DNA of 64,000 nt from Mobula birostris (Eukaryota): positions 23,383,590 to 23,447,589 of the forward strand of contig NC_092387.1 in NCBI RefSeq assembly GCF_030028105.1, given 5' to 3'. Of this stretch, positions 63,731 through 64,000 are shown piece by piece (position 1 is the first letter of the stretch; the number at the start of each line of letters is the position of its first letter). Below the pieces are notes generated by a model. That model saw nothing but the letters and a program-made list of their open reading frames with translations, made no database searches and was not told the DNA's origin. A program made the translations under genes and the position numbers.

Positions 63731-64000
63731 TGAGCATTCTGATTGATCTCTTCTTTGTGCTAAGTAGACCTATCAGTTTTTTCTGTGGGCGGGCTTTACA
63801 GTCAACGTCTCTCTCTCTTTCATTGGCCATCAGTCCAGTTTATTCAGTTTAGTGTCCTGCAGCGCCATGGCAGTGTGTTCCAAAAAAAGAAAACATAAAA
63901 CGTACTTCACCCCAGACTACATTAAAGTGTACGCCTGCCTAATAGGGGTCAAAAATAATGACAGTGTTGCTCACTGCACTGTTTGCAATAGTGACTTTTC

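Overview
Repeat-dense, intron-rich vertebrate genomic DNA. The repeat landscape suggests a cartilaginous fish such as a ray or shark, but that is inference, not proof. The only host gene I can support is a + strand B7-family gene best matching CD276 (B7-H3), seen as an IgV exon (11175-11525) and an IgC exon (14537-14833). I could not find its signal-peptide exon or its transmembrane exon in the window. Most of the rest is transposon-derived: a full-length, lightly damaged L1 (39764-46776, minus) nested in an old Tx1-type L1, a 2.2-kb Rex1/Babar-type LINE, many CR1 and Rex remnants, Tc1 deletion derivatives, two TSD-flanked hAT MITEs, LTR remnants and SINEs. The most interesting signal is a Penelope-like (GIY-YIG) family carrying a minimal type I hammerhead ribozyme motif. 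It occurs as (i) 98-150 bp TSD-flanked insertions whose 5' ends sit at the ribozyme and (ii) TSD-flanked head-to-head inverted pairs, one of which sits in the L1 5' UTR. Hammerheads in Penelope-like elements are established; the ribozyme-bounded mini-insertions are my inference from three copies. Coordinates of old repeat remnants are approximate, and all alignments were done by eye.
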